This document shows, piece by piece, positions 61,092 through 64,000 of a stretch of 64,000 nucleotides of DNA. Source of the DNA: Macrostomum hystrix. Its lineage: Eukaryota > Animalia > Platyhelminthes. The DNA is taken from positions 1,538,099 to 1,602,098 of the forward strand of contig CATNEN010000035.1 of NCBI GenBank assembly GCA_950097015.1. Direction: 5' to 3'. Made by a program: the position numbers and the translations under genes. The notes below the pieces were generated by a model. It searched no databases, was not told the origin of the DNA, and saw only the letters and a program-made list of their open reading frames with translations. Each line of letters opens with the position of its first letter. Within the stretch, counting starts at the first letter, position 1.

Positions 61092-62367
61092 ACAGGTGAG
61101 GGGGTGATGACATACCGAACTGATAACAACAGGTCAGGGGGTGATGACATTCCTAACTGATAACAGCAGGTGAGGGGGTGATGACATACCTAACTGATAA
61201 CAGCAGGTGAGGGGGGTGATGACATTCCGAACTGATAACAGCAGGTGAGGGGGTGATGACATACCGAACTGATAACAACAGGTCAGGGGGTGATGACATT
61301 CCTAACTGATAACAGCAGGTGAGGGGGTGATGACATACCTAACTGATAACAGCAGGTGAGGGGGTGATGACATACCTAACTGATAACAGCAGGTGAGGGG
61401 GTGATGACATACCTAACTGATAACAGCAGGTGAGGGGGTGATGACATACCTAACTGATAACAGCAGGTGAGGGGGTGATGACATTCCGAACTGATAACAG
61501 CAGGTGAGGGGGTGATGACATACCTAACTGATAACAGCAGGTGAGGGGGTGATGACATTCCGAACTGATAACAGCAGGTGAGGGGGTGATGACATTCCGA
61601 ACTGATAACAGCAGGTGAGGGGGTGATGACATTCCGAACTGATAACAGCAGGTGAGGGGGTGATGACATTCCGAACTGATAACAGCAGGTGAGGGGGTGA
61701 TGACATACCTAACTGATAACAGCAGGTGAGGGGGTGATGACATACCTAACTGATAACAGCAGGTGAGGGGGTGATGACATTCCGAACTGATAACAGCAGG
61801 TGAGGGGATGATGACATACCTAACTGATAACAGCAGGTGAGGGGGTGATGACATTTCCGAACTGATAACAGCAGGTGAGGGGGTGATGACATTCCGAACT
61901 GATAACAGCAGGTGAGGGGGTGATGACATTCCGAACTGATAACAGCAGGTGAGGGGGTGATGACATTCCGAACTGATAACAGCAGGTGAGGGGGTGATGA
62001 CATTCCGAACTGATAACAGCAGGTGAGGGGGTGATGACATACCTAACTGATAACAGCAGGTGAGGGGGTGATGACATTCCGAACTGATAACAGCAGGTGA
62101 GGGGGTGATGACATACCGAACTGATAACAGCAGGTGAGGGGGTGATGACATACCTAACTGATAACAGCAGGTGAGGGGGTGATGACATTCCGAACTGATA
62201 ACAGCAGGTGAGGGGGTGATGACATTCCGAACTGATAACAGCAGGTGAGGGGGTGATGACATTCCGAACTGATAACAGCAGGTGAGGGGGTGATGACATT
62301 CCGAACTGATAACAGCAGGTGAGGGGATGATGACATTCCGAACTGATAACAGCAGGTGAGGGGGTAT
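61092..62367. repeat. 37-bp minisatellite (TGATAACAGCAGGTGAGGGGGTGATGACATTCCGAAC)n
   Basis: About 34 units with no spacers. Confidence 0.96.
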
Positions 62368-62422
62368 TCCATGTGGTCATAGGTAGCAATGAGTATTAGC
62401 TAATGACTGAATAACGTAAAAC

Positions 62423-63016
62423 TTAAGACACAAAAAAACTGCGACCACACTGAAAAAGCAGAGTTTGAGTTGAAGCTGCGGTCGACTGCCAAGGCAAACT
62501 ATCAACCGGAGAGTTGAAAGCAAAATTAGGCGGAAACAATGACTTGGCATGCGAGCGCATGATCTTGTAGGCACCGGCGATGGTCACCTCAGCAACACCA
62601 GCGATTGTCGCCAATCTCCTTCTTCTCCTTCTTGGTGTCGGAGGCTTGGCAGGCCATGTAGATGGCGGGCGGCGGGCCACCGAGATCGGACTCTTGCCAG
62701 CTACTTCGGATCCAGTTGCATGGCCTTCTCGGCGATGTGGGTGGCGGCCTTCTGGATGGGCGATGCTCAGTTCGAGATTGGAGCAGAATCTGGACATAAA
62801 ATCCGTTGTTGAAATGCCCTTCAAATTTGTGTCCAGTGCTTTCGTGATCTTCTTGAAGGCCTTGGCCGATGTCGCGCCGATTCGACCGACTAACAGAGCA
62901 GACCTCCTTGAGGGTGCGCGGGCGCACCCTCCTGACGACAGGCCATGTACAGGCAGGCGCTAGCGATGGTCTCATTAGCGCGGCCGGGGGGGCGGCACTG
63001 CTTAGAGTCCGTACAC
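62423..63016 (-). CDS. GTF2B: Last coding exon of general transcription factor TFIIB, broken by at least 7 single-base indels (sequence error or pseudogene); upstream exons lie beyond the window
   Basis: After the acceptor CTCTTCAG (63017), frame-corrected translation gives [97 protein letters not shown], the two cyclin repeats of TFIIB. Confidence 0.9.
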
Positions 63017-63074
63017 CTGAAGAGGCGGGGAGAGCTGGATGTTAATGATGGCGAAGAAGGAAAACTGTTTACTG

Positions 63075-63335
63075 ATAAACCAGATGTCTGATAAACCAGA
63101 TGTCTGATAACCAGATGTCTGATAAACCAGGTGTCTGATAAACCAGATGTCTGATAAACCAGGTGTCTGATAAACCAGATGTCTGATAAACCAGGTGTCT
63201 GATAAACCAGATGTCTGATAAACCAGGTGTCTGATAACCAGATGTCTGATAAACCAGATGGATAAACCAGATGTCCTGATAAACCAGATGTCTGATAAAC
63301 TAGATGTCTGATAAACCAGATGTCTGATAAACCAG
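63075..63335. repeat. 16-bp minisatellite (ATAAACCAGRTGTCTG)n in the TFIIB intron
   Basis: Directly visible, with scattered 1-nt indels. Confidence 0.93.
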
Positions 63336-63444
63336 GTACCTAATGATCAGTTACATGATAAACCAGTTACCTAATGATAAGTTACATGACAAATAGTTAC
63401 CTAATAACCGGCCGGGCTCCTGATACAGTCCGAAAAAAAACAGT

Positions 63445-64000
63445 TATTGTCTGGTTTCACAGCCACCAAATAAACCAGCTATTGTCTTGTTTCACAGCCA
63501 ACCAAATAAACAGCTATTGTCTGGTTTCACAGCCACCAAATAAACCAGCTATTGTCTGGTTTCACAGCTACCAAATAAACCAGCTATTGTCTTGTTTCAC
63601 AGCCACCAAATAAACCAGCTATTGTCCTGGTTTCACAGCCGCCAAATAAACCAGCTATTGTCTGGTTTCACAGCCACCAAATAAACCAGCTATTGTCTTG
63701 TTTCACGCCACCAAATAACCAGCTATTGTCTAATTTCACAGCCACCAAATAAACCAGCTATATTGTCTGGTGTTCACAGCCACCAAATAACCAGCTACTG
63801 TCTGGTTTCACAGCCACCAAATAAACCAGCTATTGTCTGGTTCACACCACCAATAAACCAGCTATTGTCTGGTTTCACAGCCACCAAATAAACCAGCTAT
63901 TGTCTGGTTTCACAGCCACCAATAAACCAGCTATTTGTCTGGTTTCACAGCCACCAAATAAACCAGCTATTGTCTGGTTTCACAGCCACCAAATAAACCA
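63445..64000. repeat. 35-bp minisatellite (CTATTGTCTGGTTTCACAGCCACCAAATAAACCAG)n, running off the window
   Basis: Directly visible, with scattered 1-nt indels. Confidence 0.94.

Overview
Eukaryotic (animal) genomic DNA, not prokaryotic. It has GT-AG spliced genes with introns and intergenic gaps filled by many unrelated 4-56 bp minisatellites. This architecture resembles a free-living flatworm such as Macrostomum (inference, not verified). Genes reconstructed by hand: a partial secreted protein at the left edge; a 119-aa Thr-rich GPI-type protein; three tandem paralogous secreted single-CUB proteins sharing an unrecognised ~30-aa C-terminal tail; a calumenin/reticulocalbin ending in HDEL; a small PDZ-only protein; a secreted FAMeT-like-domain protein; Hey (bHLH-Orange); an MFSD2-like transporter; and the last exon of TFIIB. 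Mobile DNA: an RTE-type LINE fragment, a decayed Tc1 element, three tRNA-derived SINEs, and a young full-length Mag-type Ty3/Gypsy LTR element with a GGTAG target-site duplication. The best candidate for an undescribed system is the CUB-plus-tail triad within a cluster of small secreted or surface genes. Caveat: several otherwise intact ORFs are broken only by single-base indels, which probably reflects long-read consensus error rather than pseudogenisation.
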